Assembly: GCA_963765205.1 (NCBI GenBank)
Contig: CAVXVB010000005.1
Location: 448,001-512,000 of the forward strand
Source of the DNA: an uncultured Verrucomicrobiae bacterium
GTDB lineage: Bacteria > Verrucomicrobiota > Verrucomicrobiia > Opitutales > JABDGR01
Length of the DNA stretch: 64,000 bases
Reading direction: 5' to 3'
Positions 7,875 through 18,583 of the stretch are shown here, in pieces. Numbering within the stretch: the first letter of the stretch is position 1; each line of letters starts with the position of its first letter. A program made the translations under genes and the position numbers. The notes under the pieces were generated by a model. That model was not told where the DNA came from, did not search any database, and saw only the letters and a program-made list of their open reading frames with translations.

Positions 7875-10541
7875 ATGCCCGCCGCGCGTTCAACCAAGCC
7901 AGCCCCCGGCCCGGCGGCTCCCGCCGACGGAGTGCCGGTGGAAAAATTGCCCGGCGCGGACACGCCGATGCTCAAGCAATACTGGGAGTTGCGCCGGCAA
8001 CTTTCCGCCGACACGTTGCTGCTGTTCCGCCTCGGCGATTTTTATGAGTTGTTCTTTGAGGACGCGGTGCAAGGCGCCCGCCTGCTGGGCCTCACCCTGA
8101 CCCAGCGCAACGGCCACCCGATGGCCGGCATCCCCTACCACGCCGCGCCCAACTATATTAAAAAGCTCCTCGACGCCGGCCGCAAAGTCGCCGTATGCGA
8201 CCAGACGGAAACACCTGTGCCCGGCAAGCTCGTCCGTCGTGCGCTGACCCGCGTGCTCACGCCCGGCACGATTCTCGAAGACCACCAACTCGAGGCGGGC
8301 CGGCCGCATTACCTGTTGGCGCTCGCCGCCGACCGCGCCGGGTTGCGTGCGGCGTGGCTCGACCTCACCACCGGCGATTTTCAAATTGCGACCGACGCCG
8401 ACCCCGCGCGCCTCTGGCCCGTGCTGCACGCGCTCGACCCGCGCGAAATTTTGGTGGCGGAATCCCTGCCCGAAAGCGGCCCCGCGCCCGCGGGCTGGGG
8501 CGAGGCGTGGGAGAGTTTGCGGGCGAACCGGCCCGTGTCGCGTCTGCCGGATTTTCAATTCGAGCGCGCGCCCGGCGCGCGGCTGGTCAAGGAAACGCTC
8601 GGCGTGCTCAACCTCGAAGGCTTCGGACTGGACGACGCGCACCCGGCGCTCGGTTGCGCGGGCGCGCTGATTGCCTACGCCACGGACACGCTCTGCGGCC
8701 GCCCGGCGCACCTCCACCAACTGCGCGAATACCGCTCGCGCGAGGCGCTGCTGCTCGACCCCGCGACGCTGCATAATCTCGAAGTGCTGCGCTCCGCGCG
8801 CGGCGCGCGCGAAGGCTCGCTTCTGCACGCCGTGGATGCCACTGCCACTGCGCCGGGCGCTCGGCTGCTCGAGCAATGGCTGGCCGCGCCGCTGCTGGAT
8901 TTGACGGAATTGCGCCGGCGGCAGGCCTGCGTCGGCGCGTTTTTGGAGGAACCTGGCCTCGCCGCGCAGGCGCGCGAGGGGCTGGGCGCGGTGCGCGATC
9001 TGGCGCGCATCCTTTCCCGCCTGCAAAACCGCCTGCGCCATCCGCGCGAATTGGCCGGCGTGCGCGACACCCTGCGCGCGCTGCCGGCGGTGCACGCCAC
9101 GCTGGCCGCGTTGCCGGCGCCCGCGGACGCACTGGCCGGGCAGATTCCGCCCTTCGACGATTTGGCGCTGGTGCTTGAAAAAGCCCTCGCCGAGGAACCG
9201 CCGATTGATTTGCAGGATGGCGGCGTCATCCGCGACGGTTACGACGGCGAACTGGACCGCCTCCGCGCTTTATCCCGCGGGCACAAGACCTGGATTTCCG
9301 ATTTCCAGCGCGGCGAGCAGGAACGCACGGGCATCAAAAATCTCCGCGTGTGCTACAACGGCGCGTTCGGCTACTACATTGAGGTCACGAAATCCAACCT
9401 CGCCAACGTGCCGCCGGATTACATCCGCCGCCAGACCATGACCAACGCCGAGCGCTACGTCACCGAGGAGCTGCGCCAGCGGGAAAAACAGATTCTGCAC
9501 GCCGAGGAAAACGCCCTCGCGCGCGAGGAGGAATTGTTCCGCGGGCTGGTCGAGGCCGTCTTGGCCGAGGCCGGCGCCCTGCGCGCGGCGGCGGCGGCGC
9601 TGGCGGAGGCGGACGTATTCCAAGGCTGGGCCAAACTTGCGCGCGAACGCGATTTTTGCCGGCCGGCGCTCGACGACGGCGATGTTTTTGAAATCGAGCA
9701 AGGCCGCCATCCCGTCGTCGAAGTCATCCTGCGCGCCAGCGCGGAAGGGCTGGCCGGCAGCCGCGCGTTTGTGCCCAACGACACCTGCTTGAGCGCCTCG
9801 GGCGAGCAAATCGCGCTCATCACCGGACCGAACATGGCGGGCAAAAGCACTTATATCCGCCAGGTCGCGCTGATTGCAATCCTGGCGCAGGCCGGTGGGT
9901 GGGTGCCGGCGAAAAAATGCCGGCTCGGCTTGGTGGACCGCGTCTTCTCGCGCCTGGGCGCCAGCGATGAACTGGCGCGCGGCCAATCCACTTTTATGGT
10001 TGAGATGAACGAAACCGCGAACATCCTGCGCCACGCCACCGCGCGCAGCCTTGTCATCCTCGATGAAATCGGCCGCGGCACGAGCACCTACGACGGCCTC
10101 GCCATCGCCTGGGCGGTGGTCGAGCGCCTGCATGGGACGGGCGCGGCCGGCCCGCGCACGCTCTTTGCGACACACTATCACGAATTAACCCTGTTGGATC
10201 AATCACTGCCGCGCCTGCGCAACTATGCCGTGACGGTCAAGGAATGGAACGACGAGATCATTTTTGTCCGCCAGGTCACGCGCGGCGCGGCCGGGCGCTC
10301 CTACGGCATCCAGGTGGCGCGGCTGGCCGGGCTGCCGCGCGAGGTGATTGGCCGCGCGCAGGAAATCCTCGCCGCGCTGGAAGCCGAGGGGCGGGCGTTG
10401 CCGGCCCATGTGCGCCGTTCGCTGGATGCGGCCACCCAGCCCGCTTCGTCAATGACGGGAGAAACTCCGGGCACCCGCGCCTTTGCCGATGGCACGGGTG
10501 AGCTCGCGGAACCAACGGTGCCGCAACTGGAATTGTTTTGA
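7875..10541 (+). CDS. mutS: DNA mismatch repair protein MutS
   Basis: TPMLKQY, FRLGDFYELF, Walker A GPNMAGKST, STFMVEM, DEIGRGT, FATHYHEL, SYGIQVA; C-terminal QLELF clamp-binding motif. Confidence 0.98.
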   Translation: MPAARSTKPAPGPAAPADGVPVEKLPGADTPMLKQYWELRRQLSADTLLLFRLGDFYELFFEDAVQGARLLGLTLTQRNGHPMAGIPYHAAPNYIKKLLDAGRKVAVCDQTETPVPGKLVRRALTRVLTPGTILEDHQLEAGRPHYLLALAADRAGLRAAWLDLTTGDFQIATDADPARLWPVLHALDPREILVAESLPESGPAPAGWGEAWESLRANRPVSRLPDFQFERAPGARLVKETLGVLNLEGFGLDDAHPALGCAGALIAYATDTLCGRPAHLHQLREYRSREALLLDPATLHNLEVLRSARGAREGSLLHAVDATATAPGARLLEQWLAAPLLDLTELRRRQACVGAFLEEPGLAAQAREGLGAVRDLARILSRLQNRLRHPRELAGVRDTLRALPAVHATLAALPAPADALAGQIPPFDDLALVLEKALAEEPPIDLQDGGVIRDGYDGELDRLRALSRGHKTWISDFQRGEQERTGIKNLRVCYNGAFGYYIEVTKSNLANVPPDYIRRQTMTNAERYVTEELRQREKQILHAEENALAREEELFRGLVEAVLAEAGALRAAAAALAEADVFQGWAKLARERDFCRPALDDGDVFEIEQGRHPVVEVILRASAEGLAGSRAFVPNDTCLSASGEQIALITGPNMAGKSTYIRQVALIAILAQAGGWVPAKKCRLGLVDRVFSRLGASDELARGQSTFMVEMNETANILRHATARSLVILDEIGRGTSTYDGLAIAWAVVERLHGTGAAGPRTLFATHYHELTLLDQSLPRLRNYAVTVKEWNDEIIFVRQVTRGAAGRSYGIQVARLAGLPREVIGRAQEILAALEAEGRALPAHVRRSLDAATQPASSMTGETPGTRAFADGTGELAEPTVPQLELF

Positions 10542-10568
10542 CCCCGGGGCCAGGGCTGGGCGCCGGGT

Positions 10569-11237
10569 TTACGGCGTCGCAGAGTCGGATTCACCCGGCG
10601 GCTTTACATCCCAGGTCGTGATGATATCCACGACGGACACGCCCTGGCCGGGCGAGAGCGCCACGCAATCTTCGTTGATGGGGATGTTGGGGTCCTGGGT
10701 GATGGACAGGGCATTGCCATCCAGCGGTGTCAAGGCGATTTGGTTCACCACATTGGGTGAAATCGTGTGCGGGGTGGAAATATTGGTGTTGTAAACGAGC
10801 CAGAGGTCGTCATTTCCAAACGCATCAATCGGGGTGATGGAATTGGGGTCGTTGCTCAAATCACTGTCCTTGAAAGTGGCGAATTGGATGCCTTGCTTGT
10901 TATAGATCGCGTCACCCTGGTCCGGATTCGCCGTCATGATGTGGACAAAGCGCGGGGCCACGATCTTCAGTTGGAAAGCCGTGTCCTCGGTGACGACCGG
11001 AGTGGGGTTGAAGGTGGGCCAGATTTTGTAGGCATCATGGTAGCTTTCCGCCATCAGCACAAGGTTGTTGAGCTGGACTTTGGTTTTGCTGTCGCGGGCT
11101 TTTTTGACGGCGATGCTGCCGATGGGGATCAGAATGCCGGCCAGAATGCCAATGATGCAGATGACGGTGAGCAATTCCACGAGGGTAAAGCCCGCGCGCG
11201 CGCGCCGGTAAAGAGACGGGTAAAGTAGAAGGTGCAT
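10569..11237 (-). CDS. Prepilin-type N-terminal cleavage/methylation protein (pseudopilin)
   Basis: RAG|FTLVELLTVICIIGILAGILIP type III signal; DAFGN motif. Confidence 0.88.
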   Translation of the reverse strand: MHLLLYPSLYRRARAGFTLVELLTVICIIGILAGILIPIGSIAVKKARDSKTKVQLNNLVLMAESYHDAYKIWPTFNPTPVVTEDTAFQLKIVAPRFVHIMTANPDQGDAIYNKQGIQFATFKDSDLSNDPNSITPIDAFGNDDLWLVYNTNISTPHTISPNVVNQIALTPLDGNALSITQDPNIPINEDCVALSPGQGVSVVDIITTWDVKPPGESDSATP

Positions 11238-11281
11238 GGGGAGGGGGGCGGAAAGGGTGGGAGGGCGGTCGGGAGGGTGGA

Positions 11282-11992
11282 TTATTGGTCGTAATCACCG
11301 TAGGTCCAGGTCGTGACCCATGAGGAATTGACGGCGTCGTCGTTCAGGTCCTGAATCAGCGAATAAAGGACGATGGTGAGTGGGATGTTGCGCACCACTT
11401 TCGGCACCAGCGGCCCATTGCCATCCGCATCATTGACGCCTTTCACAAACGCATTTTTGTCAATTTCATGGGCCGTGCCGACGTGGACGACGACTCCGAT
11501 GTCCGAGTTGCCAAACCCATCCACCAACAACGGATCCTCGTCGCTGCCGGGGGGCTCGCGGGAGAGCAGGCTGTCATCCACCCGGAGAAAGGGGATTTTC
11601 AGGCGATTATAATTCGTGGCCCCCGGCGAGCTGGCGGTGGTCTGGTAGTTCGCATCGTTCATCAACACCTGGCGCAGGAGGGACTTGTCGTCGTTGAACA
11701 GGAAGGTGTAGTCAATTTCGTGCGGGTTGTTTTCCCACGGCTTCGCCTGGGCGGACAATTCGTTAAATATGGGGTAGCGCCCATATTGCTCCTTGTAGGA
11801 CTCAAAGGCCATGGCGATATTGGTATAGAGCGTCTTTGTGCGGTTATACCGGTTCTTGCGCAGCACCACGCCGATGGTGGGCACGAGGATGCCGATGAAA
11901 ATGGCGATGATGGCGATCACCGTGAGCAACTCGACGAGCGTAAAGCCGCGGGGCAGGCGCGGGCGGCGGAAAGTGGGGGCGGGCCGGGGCAT
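11282..11992 (-). CDS. Prepilin-type N-terminal cleavage/methylation protein (pseudopilin)
   Basis: PRG|FTLVELLTVIAIIAIFIGILVP; YKEQYGRYP; DGFGN. Confidence 0.88.
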   Translation of the reverse strand: MPRPAPTFRRPRLPRGFTLVELLTVIAIIAIFIGILVPTIGVVLRKNRYNRTKTLYTNIAMAFESYKEQYGRYPIFNELSAQAKPWENNPHEIDYTFLFNDDKSLLRQVLMNDANYQTTASSPGATNYNRLKIPFLRVDDSLLSREPPGSDEDPLLVDGFGNSDIGVVVHVGTAHEIDKNAFVKGVNDADGNGPLVPKVVRNIPLTIVLYSLIQDLNDDAVNSSWVTTWTYGDYDQ

Positions 11993-12102
11993 AAGGGGCT
12001 ATCCGTAAACTTATCCCTAGCCGCGCACAACTGCAAAGTTTTAGTGAATTATTTTGGCAAATTCTCCTTGCCGCCGGGCCGCCGGCCCCCAGTCTGGCGC
12101 CA

Positions 12103-13029
12103 ATGCCCGCCGTGCCCGACTTTGTCCAGGCCAATACCAACGGCCGCCTGCACGATGCCCGCGCCGCGAGCCTCAGCCCGCTGGATCGCGGCTTCCTCTA
12201 CGGCGACGCCGTTTACGAGGTCTGGCGCACCTATGGCGGCGTCCTGTTTGGCGTGGACGAGCATGAGGAGCGCCTCGCAACCTCCGCGGCGGGCTTGGGT
12301 TTGCGCCTGCCCTTGGACCGGGCGGGCTGGCTGGCCGAGGTCCGCCGCACTATCGCCGCCGCGCGCGCGCAGACCGGCTGGGCGGGCGAACACTACGTCC
12401 GCCTGCAAATCAGCCGCGGCAGCGGTCCTATCGGGCTGGACCCGGCCCTGGCCGGAACCGACCCCACCTGGGTGCTGCTGGTCAAGCCCCTGGCAGATTT
12501 GACGGAGGCGGAATTGGACGCCGGCTTGCGCGTTGAGCTGGCGCGCGTCGTGCGCCGCAACGATTCGCGCACGCTCCCCCCCAGCCTCAAAACCGGCAAT
12601 TATTTGAACAACGTCCTTGCATTGCGCGAGGCCCTGGCCGCCGGCGCGCAGGAGGTGCTCATGGTCAACCTGGCCGGCCGGCTGACGGAAGGCTCGGTGC
12701 GCAATTTCTGGTTCGTCGAAAACGGGGCCGCCTTCACGCCCCCATTCGAGGAGGGCCTGCTCGCCGGCGTCACCCGGCGGATTCTATTCGAGCATGTCGC
12801 GCCCGCCGCCGGCCTCCGGTTGGCCGAAGCTGCGCTCACGCCGGATGATTTGCCCCGTTTTTCGGAATGCTTTGTGACCTCGACCACGCAGGACATCGCG
12901 CCCGTCTCCGCTATTGGCCCGCGCCATTTCCGCCTCGGCCCGGACACCTGGGCGCGCCAGCTCAAAACCGCCTTCCGGGCCTACGTGGAAAAATACAACA
13001 AAGAGCATCCGGAGTTCCGGGTGGTCTAA
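12103..13029 (+). CDS. Class IV PLP-dependent aminotransferase (IlvE/Dat/PabC family)
   Basis: DRGFLYGDAVYE, KTGNY, TEGSVRNF, LLAGVTRR, ECFVTSTT. Confidence 0.9.
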   Translation: MPAVPDFVQANTNGRLHDARAASLSPLDRGFLYGDAVYEVWRTYGGVLFGVDEHEERLATSAAGLGLRLPLDRAGWLAEVRRTIAAARAQTGWAGEHYVRLQISRGSGPIGLDPALAGTDPTWVLLVKPLADLTEAELDAGLRVELARVVRRNDSRTLPPSLKTGNYLNNVLALREALAAGAQEVLMVNLAGRLTEGSVRNFWFVENGAAFTPPFEEGLLAGVTRRILFEHVAPAAGLRLAEAALTPDDLPRFSECFVTSTTQDIAPVSAIGPRHFRLGPDTWARQLKTAFRAYVEKYNKEHPEFRVV

Positions 13030-13234
13030 GCGGTTGCTCGCGGCACTGGGCTGGATGCTTTTGACCACGGAGAGCGGAGGACGCGGAGGGAGCAGGTTTG
13101 CAGTTTTTAATTTACAGTTTTCTCCGTGTCCTCTGTATTCCCCGTGGTTGGATCTCTTTATGCCATCAACTACTGAACTGATAGAAATTCGCTTTCTTTG
13201 GGTTGTTGGGCGGGAGGCGGGGGTTAAGCTTTAT

Positions 13235-13570
13235 TTAGTGTACGGCGGCGGCGCTTGCGGCCTGCTGCGCGGCGCGAGCGGCAGCCACAGACACGGAGGA
13301 GTTCGAGGCCGCGCCGTTGGCCGAGACAAGCGAAGCGACGCCGGTGCCAAAGCCGCTCATCGGGTTGGACCAAAGGAGGTCTCCCGAAAAGGGATTCAGG
13401 CCATACATATAGCCGTCCACGGACACAACGAGCACATCGCCATCCAGCAACAGGGTGGTATACAGGCTGCCTTGCGGAGCGTGCCACTGCCACACGAGAC
13501 TCCCGGTGGTGCGGTTCAAAGCCGCCACCCGGCGGTTGAACCCGGTAAAGATGAGGTCGTTGATATTCAT
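13235..13570 (-). CDS. Small PQQ-like (BamB-type) beta-propeller repeat protein
   Basis: Two blade motifs VAALNRTTGSLVW and MYGLNPFSGDLLWSN; Ala/Gln-rich tail. Confidence 0.7.
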   Translation of the reverse strand: MNINDLIFTGFNRRVAALNRTTGSLVWQWHAPQGSLYTTLLLDGDVLVVSVDGYMYGLNPFSGDLLWSNPMSGFGTGVASLVSANGAASNSSVSVAAARAAQQAASAAAVH

Positions 13571-13771
13571 GGGGTTGTTACGGAGGGGAATTTGCTTTTT
13601 TAGGATTGTTTGGGTTGGGGTGGGGCTGGAACTGAATTTTTGGGGGTGGAATTTCTTCTGGCAAGCGAGCTTTTGAGTATTCAGCAATCAATATTCAGAA
13701 ACAGCAATTTGCCTTGGCTCCTCGGCCGCCTTATCGCCTCAGTGGCCTCAGTTGCCTTTGTTAGCTCCCCA

Positions 13772-15766
13772 TCACGGGGCCACGTTTTTATTAATCGTGT
13801 TTAGCAGCCGGGTGCGCGTCGCATCAGATATGTTTGCCGATTGGACGGCGGCGGTGGCGGCATTCGGATCCGCCCGCGACCAGACTTGGACGACGTTGTT
13901 CAGTTGGTTGCCCTGCATGGTGGCGGCGCTGATCGAGGCTGCCCAAGTGAAGGCCGCCGGCGAGTCGGTCGCCGACAGGGCGCCGACTTCGGCCCGGGCC
14001 GCCCGGTCGCGTGGATTGCCTGCGGGCAGGGTGTTAATCCACTGCGCAGCCGCGGCGGGGTCCGTTTGAATCCAGTTCGTGGCAACCGTTTGCGTCGCGA
14101 CATCCAGGGTATTGCCGGCAGGCAGGCTGGGCAGCGACGCGGCTGCGGTGGCGGGGTCGGTTGCGCTCCAAGCGCCGATCACCTTGCCATAAGCTGCGTC
14201 TTGCGCAGTGCCCGCAGGCATCTCATTGACGAGGGTGAGTGCTTGTTGCGGGTCCGAGGACGTCATCTGGGTCAGCACCGCGCCGAGGGCGGCCGCGCGC
14301 GTCCCATCGTCGGGGAGCGTTTGCACCCAGGCTGCCGCCGCGGTTGGATCCGCTGACGCGCGACTGGATGCGACCGCCGCCATCATGGCTGCGAATTGGG
14401 GATTATCGGTGCCGAGGGATTCGACATAAGCCGCCGCCGCGTCGGGATCGCTGGCTGCCCAAGTTGAAACGACATTGTTCTCCACCCCGCTTTTGAACGC
14501 CCCGACGGGAGCGGTGCCACTGGCGTCGTCCAGATACTTTAACCACGTCAAATCCGCCTGGGGGTCCTGTTGGGCCCAATTACTGGAAGTTTCTTCTTCG
14601 GACATCATGCGGTATCCGCCGCCGGCGGGCATTTTGGCCAGGTAATCCGCCGCCATTTGCGGGTTGGTCAGGCTCATCGGATCAAGCGCCGTGGTCAAGG
14701 CTTGCTTCAAGGTGCCGCCGGTGGCGTTTTGCAACACCCAGTCCGCCGCCGCTTGCGGGTCATCCTGCGACCAACTGGCCGCCAGTTGCACGGTCATCTT
14801 ATTGCGGTCGGGAACACTGGCAATGTTGGCCACATAGCTGGCCGCCTGCTGCGGGTCCTGCTGGGCCAGGGCGCCAATGGCCGCATTAATCGCCTGGTTG
14901 CGCATGGTTCCGTTCGGCAGTGTCGCGGCATAAGCCAGGGCCGCCTGCGGATCCGCCGTCGCCCAGCCTTGCAGCGCGCTTTGAATGGCCGCGTTGCGGT
15001 CGCGATTGGCGGGCAAATTCATGGCGGCCGCCAGGGCCGCCTGCGGATCCTGGCTGGCCCAGCTGTTGAAGACCTGGCCAATAATCGAGCGATAGGCGCT
15101 GTTGAGGGGCAAACTTTGCAACGCCGCCAGCGCCGCCGCCGGATTGCTGCTGATCATGCTCTGGGCAATTTCGCCAATCACGGATTCCCGCAAACGCTTG
15201 TCGTCAATTTGACCGGCGGCCGCGAGGGCCCCGGTCGGGTCAAAATTGGCCCAGGACGCAAACACCAGGCCAATCACCTCGTCCCGGCCATAACGGTTGG
15301 GCACCGCCGCGGCCCAGCCCAACGCGCTGCTTGGGTTAAGGTGCGCCAGCCGGTCTATCAGGAGGGACAACGCCAATTGATTGTTGCTCGAGGCCGGGCC
15401 GCCCATTCCCCCTTGCATCAGCACCATCATGGCGTAGCCGCCCAGACCGGTGTTGTGCGTGGTCCCGGGCAATTTGACGAGGTAATCCAGCAAAGGCCGG
15501 ATGCCGGCCGCATCCAGGCCGCTCACAAAATCGCCGAGCGCGCGGATCATTTGCAGCGGGTCCTTCATGGCGAGGATGCTTTTGAGCATCGCCAGGCTGT
15601 CGGTCGGGAGCGCCCCGCCGCCGGATTTTTTGGGAGCGGCGGCGACCCGCGGCGGCGGCAGCCTCGCCTCCAATTGCATGATTTTTTTCTGTTGGAGAAA
15701 AAGCGGGATCGCGGCCGCGAGGGCCACGACGAGACAGGTGGCCAGGATCGTGTTTCTTTTATTCAT
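13772..15766 (-). CDS. Membrane-anchored alpha-helical repeat protein (WxxxDPxAA repeats)
   Basis: N-terminal TM helix, then ~15 repeats of ~32 aa (WANFDPTGAL, WASQDPQAAL, WATADPQAAL, WSQDDPQAAADW...). Confidence 0.8.
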   Translation of the reverse strand: MNKRNTILATCLVVALAAAIPLFLQQKKIMQLEARLPPPRVAAAPKKSGGGALPTDSLAMLKSILAMKDPLQMIRALGDFVSGLDAAGIRPLLDYLVKLPGTTHNTGLGGYAMMVLMQGGMGGPASSNNQLALSLLIDRLAHLNPSSALGWAAAVPNRYGRDEVIGLVFASWANFDPTGALAAAGQIDDKRLRESVIGEIAQSMISSNPAAALAALQSLPLNSAYRSIIGQVFNSWASQDPQAALAAAMNLPANRDRNAAIQSALQGWATADPQAALAYAATLPNGTMRNQAINAAIGALAQQDPQQAASYVANIASVPDRNKMTVQLAASWSQDDPQAAADWVLQNATGGTLKQALTTALDPMSLTNPQMAADYLAKMPAGGGYRMMSEEETSSNWAQQDPQADLTWLKYLDDASGTAPVGAFKSGVENNVVSTWAASDPDAAAAYVESLGTDNPQFAAMMAAVASSRASADPTAAAAWVQTLPDDGTRAAALGAVLTQMTSSDPQQALTLVNEMPAGTAQDAAYGKVIGAWSATDPATAAASLPSLPAGNTLDVATQTVATNWIQTDPAAAAQWINTLPAGNPRDRAARAEVGALSATDSPAAFTWAASISAATMQGNQLNNVVQVWSRADPNAATAAVQSANISDATRTRLLNTINKNVAP

Positions 15767-15988
15767 GGCGAAAAAGTCGGTTGGGGCCGGCCGGGCGGGA
15801 TGGAATAAACGGGGATAAACTCATGGATTACTGATTTATGATGTTTAAAATTGAATGAAAGCTTGGTCGGGGACGAGCGCATGCCGTCAAGGATCAATCG
15901 CCGGATTTCAGAATTCAGCAACCCGCATTAAAACGGAGAAGAAAACTTTTCATTTTTGATGCAGCGGGGAGTGGAAGCGGGGCTATCC

Positions 15989-16891
15989 TCACCCATTCTG
16001 CTGCGCCAAGTGTTCGAGGCCGCTGCGGGAATTGGAACCGAGGCGTTGGATGACGGCGATGTTGGCCTGGACTTGTTCGAAATACGGGTTCGGGCCGCCG
16101 GGAAACGGGTCGGCGAGGTAGCGGCCAACATCCCCGCATTCGTCGCGGAATTTGGGGAGGACAAACTTGTCCCAAAACGCGGGCGTGCGTTGATACAATT
16201 CGTTGACGGTCTTGAACTGGCGCTGGTCGGGGGGGATGTTGTTGGCCCGGTCGCTTTCCACGAATTCCTCAAACAAGTTGGGCAGCTTGCGCGCGTAGCC
16301 CGGGTCGCTCATCTGGCTCAGGAAATCAGCCGTGCAGACGGCTTGGCCGAGGAGGCGGTGGGCGGGGTTGCCAAACCGCGTGCCGCCGAGGTTGCTGCGG
16401 GGGCCGGTGCAGAGGATGAGCGAGCAGACGCGCTCGATGTCCAGCGCCTCCCAATGTTCCTCGGCGAGAAAGTTGCGGGCAATGTCACAGCCGCGGGGCT
16501 CGTGGATGAGGGTGTGTTTGGCGCCGGTGCCTTCGTCGTCCCCGCGTTTCTTCAGGTAGCCGACGTCGTGCAGGAGCAGCGCATGGTAGGCGATGCGGAA
16601 ATCGCGCGGGGTGAGCACGGGGGTGGCGCGGGCGCGCTGGTGGCCGGCGAGGATGCGCAGGCCGCAGAGCGTGGCCTGGAGCGTGTGCTCGATGTCATGA
16701 TAGGCGGTATCCATCGCCTGGTAGTCGCCCCAGCGCCCGGCAAATACGTCCTCGATCTTCCGCATGACCGGCTGGAGGTAGAGCGCGCGGGCGCCCGGAA
16801 ACATTTCCTCATGCAATTTCTGCACCGCGCCCGCGACCGCCATGGGGTTGCGGGTGTCAGGGTCAAGCAGGGTATAGGTCTGCTGGTTCAT
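15989..16891 (-). CDS. HD-superfamily metal-dependent phosphohydrolase
   Basis: AYHDIEHT...LLHDVGY...HEPRG...TADFLSQ. Confidence 0.8.
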   Translation of the reverse strand: MNQQTYTLLDPDTRNPMAVAGAVQKLHEEMFPGARALYLQPVMRKIEDVFAGRWGDYQAMDTAYHDIEHTLQATLCGLRILAGHQRARATPVLTPRDFRIAYHALLLHDVGYLKKRGDDEGTGAKHTLIHEPRGCDIARNFLAEEHWEALDIERVCSLILCTGPRSNLGGTRFGNPAHRLLGQAVCTADFLSQMSDPGYARKLPNLFEEFVESDRANNIPPDQRQFKTVNELYQRTPAFWDKFVLPKFRDECGDVGRYLADPFPGGPNPYFEQVQANIAVIQRLGSNSRSGLEHLAQQNG

Positions 16892-16990
16892 CACCACAGG
16901 CCACCGAATCGGAGGCCATGGGGTGAAAATATCCCAAAGCGCCCAATACGCAACCGCAAAAACGACCATGGCGCTCGGTGATATGACCCG

Positions 16991-18370
16991 TTAGGGGGAG
17001 GCGGTGTAGCCACCGGCGCGCAAATCATCCGCGGACGGATTGTCGAGCCTGGGCAGGTCGCGCGTGATGCTGATTTTGCCCACCTCATGGTTTGAGTTGT
17101 TGTCCAGGATATGCAGCTTGAGAGGGGGCAACTCCATGTTCGCGTCGAAGTCTGCGACATCGGGCACCAGCCATTCGCCGCCAACATCGGCCGGACTGGC
17201 GGCCAAATCGCCGGGTTTGTCCGGCGGCAAAACCATGCTCAGGAAATCCTGGTCCGACAGGCCCAGATCGCCTTGCTGGTCCCGGAAGTAGGATTTGAGC
17301 ATCAGGATGGCGAAACGGTTTTCCAGCGTGTCGGGGTGGCCCTGCGTGCCGACCCGGAAGGCGAAGGAGACTTTCTTGGCGTCGGCAATCACGTTGTTGG
17401 GGTCATCCAGATGCACGGTGATGGTCTTGGCCGGCTCAACGTCTGTGCTGTCGGGCGTGGGCGCAATGCGCTTGGACATGTTTTTATAAATGGCCAGGCC
17501 AAGCGCCTTGCCCAGGCTCGGGTCCACGGAGAGCATCATGATTTGGTTCGCGACGATGTGCATGTTGGACAGGTCCACCGCGCGCAAGTCCACCGCTGCA
17601 TAACCGTTGTGCGACTCATAGAGCACTTCACCGACGATCAGCGCCGCTTTTGTGTTGCCAGCCTGCACAAAGGCCCGGTCGGGATAGGAAATGATCAGCT
17701 TGCCGTCATCCTGGCCGAGGGTGAAAGTCGAGTCCTTGAAGCTTTTATTCTTGTCGAATTTGAGGATTTCCTGGCGGACTTGCGCGGTCAAATCAGGCTT
17801 GGCCACATAGGCCGGCTCCTCGAAGGCATAGACGCCGGCGAGGTAAATCTGCTTGTAGTTTTGATCCGCGAGGGAACCGAGCACCTTGTCGCACATGCTG
17901 GCATAAACATCCGGCCATTGCCCCGTGGTGACGGCGAGGGTGGCGGCCTCGGTCGCGGCCACGCCGCTCTTATCCTCCTCGCGTTTGGCGATGGCAATTT
18001 GGCGCAAGCGGTCCTGGTCGGCATTAAGGAGCTTGAGCTTGGCCGTGGCTTCCTTCATCTCCTGGGTGCCTTTCGCATGCTGGGCCGTCAGGTCTGTCTT
18101 GAAGACCGCGTTCGGGTCCGCCTTGGCGGCCTGGTCTTTCTTGCCTTCCTGCATCTCGCGGTTGGCATCGGCAATGTCCTGCACGTTTTGGTTCCATTCC
18201 GCCAGGTCTTTTTGGCTGACCTGTGTCAGGTAGCGCACGACCTCCTTGTCGGAAATCGTCGGCTTGGCCGAGGTGCCGGAGGCCACGGCCGGGCTGGTCG
18301 CCGCGTGTCCAACACAAGTCGCACCGCTCAAAATCACGAGGGTCGCAATGAGGTATTTTCGCATGGTCAT
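16991..18370 (-). CDS. Secreted hypothetical protein with N-terminal coiled-coil
   Basis: Signal peptide, long ORF with host-like codon usage; no family recognised. Confidence 0.7.
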   Translation of the reverse strand: MTMRKYLIATLVILSGATCVGHAATSPAVASGTSAKPTISDKEVVRYLTQVSQKDLAEWNQNVQDIADANREMQEGKKDQAAKADPNAVFKTDLTAQHAKGTQEMKEATAKLKLLNADQDRLRQIAIAKREEDKSGVAATEAATLAVTTGQWPDVYASMCDKVLGSLADQNYKQIYLAGVYAFEEPAYVAKPDLTAQVRQEILKFDKNKSFKDSTFTLGQDDGKLIISYPDRAFVQAGNTKAALIVGEVLYESHNGYAAVDLRAVDLSNMHIVANQIMMLSVDPSLGKALGLAIYKNMSKRIAPTPDSTDVEPAKTITVHLDDPNNVIADAKKVSFAFRVGTQGHPDTLENRFAILMLKSYFRDQQGDLGLSDQDFLSMVLPPDKPGDLAASPADVGGEWLVPDVADFDANMELPPLKLHILDNNSNHEVGKISITRDLPRLDNPSADDLRAGGYTASP

Positions 18371-18583
18371 GATGTAACGGAAATGGGGTAAGGCACAAAA
18401 ATAACACAAATATCCCAGAGGCCAAGCCGAAAGAATCGTGGGTTTCCAACGGGCGGCAAATCAGGGTGGGTTTGCGCTGGTTATGAAGACCCGCCTGCGC
18501 GCGGTTCGGTTCCCTTCTCCTTTATCACTTCCAAGACACGCTTGCCGGTTGACTTTCCGGGTCGGACGCGGGAAGTTGCCCCC

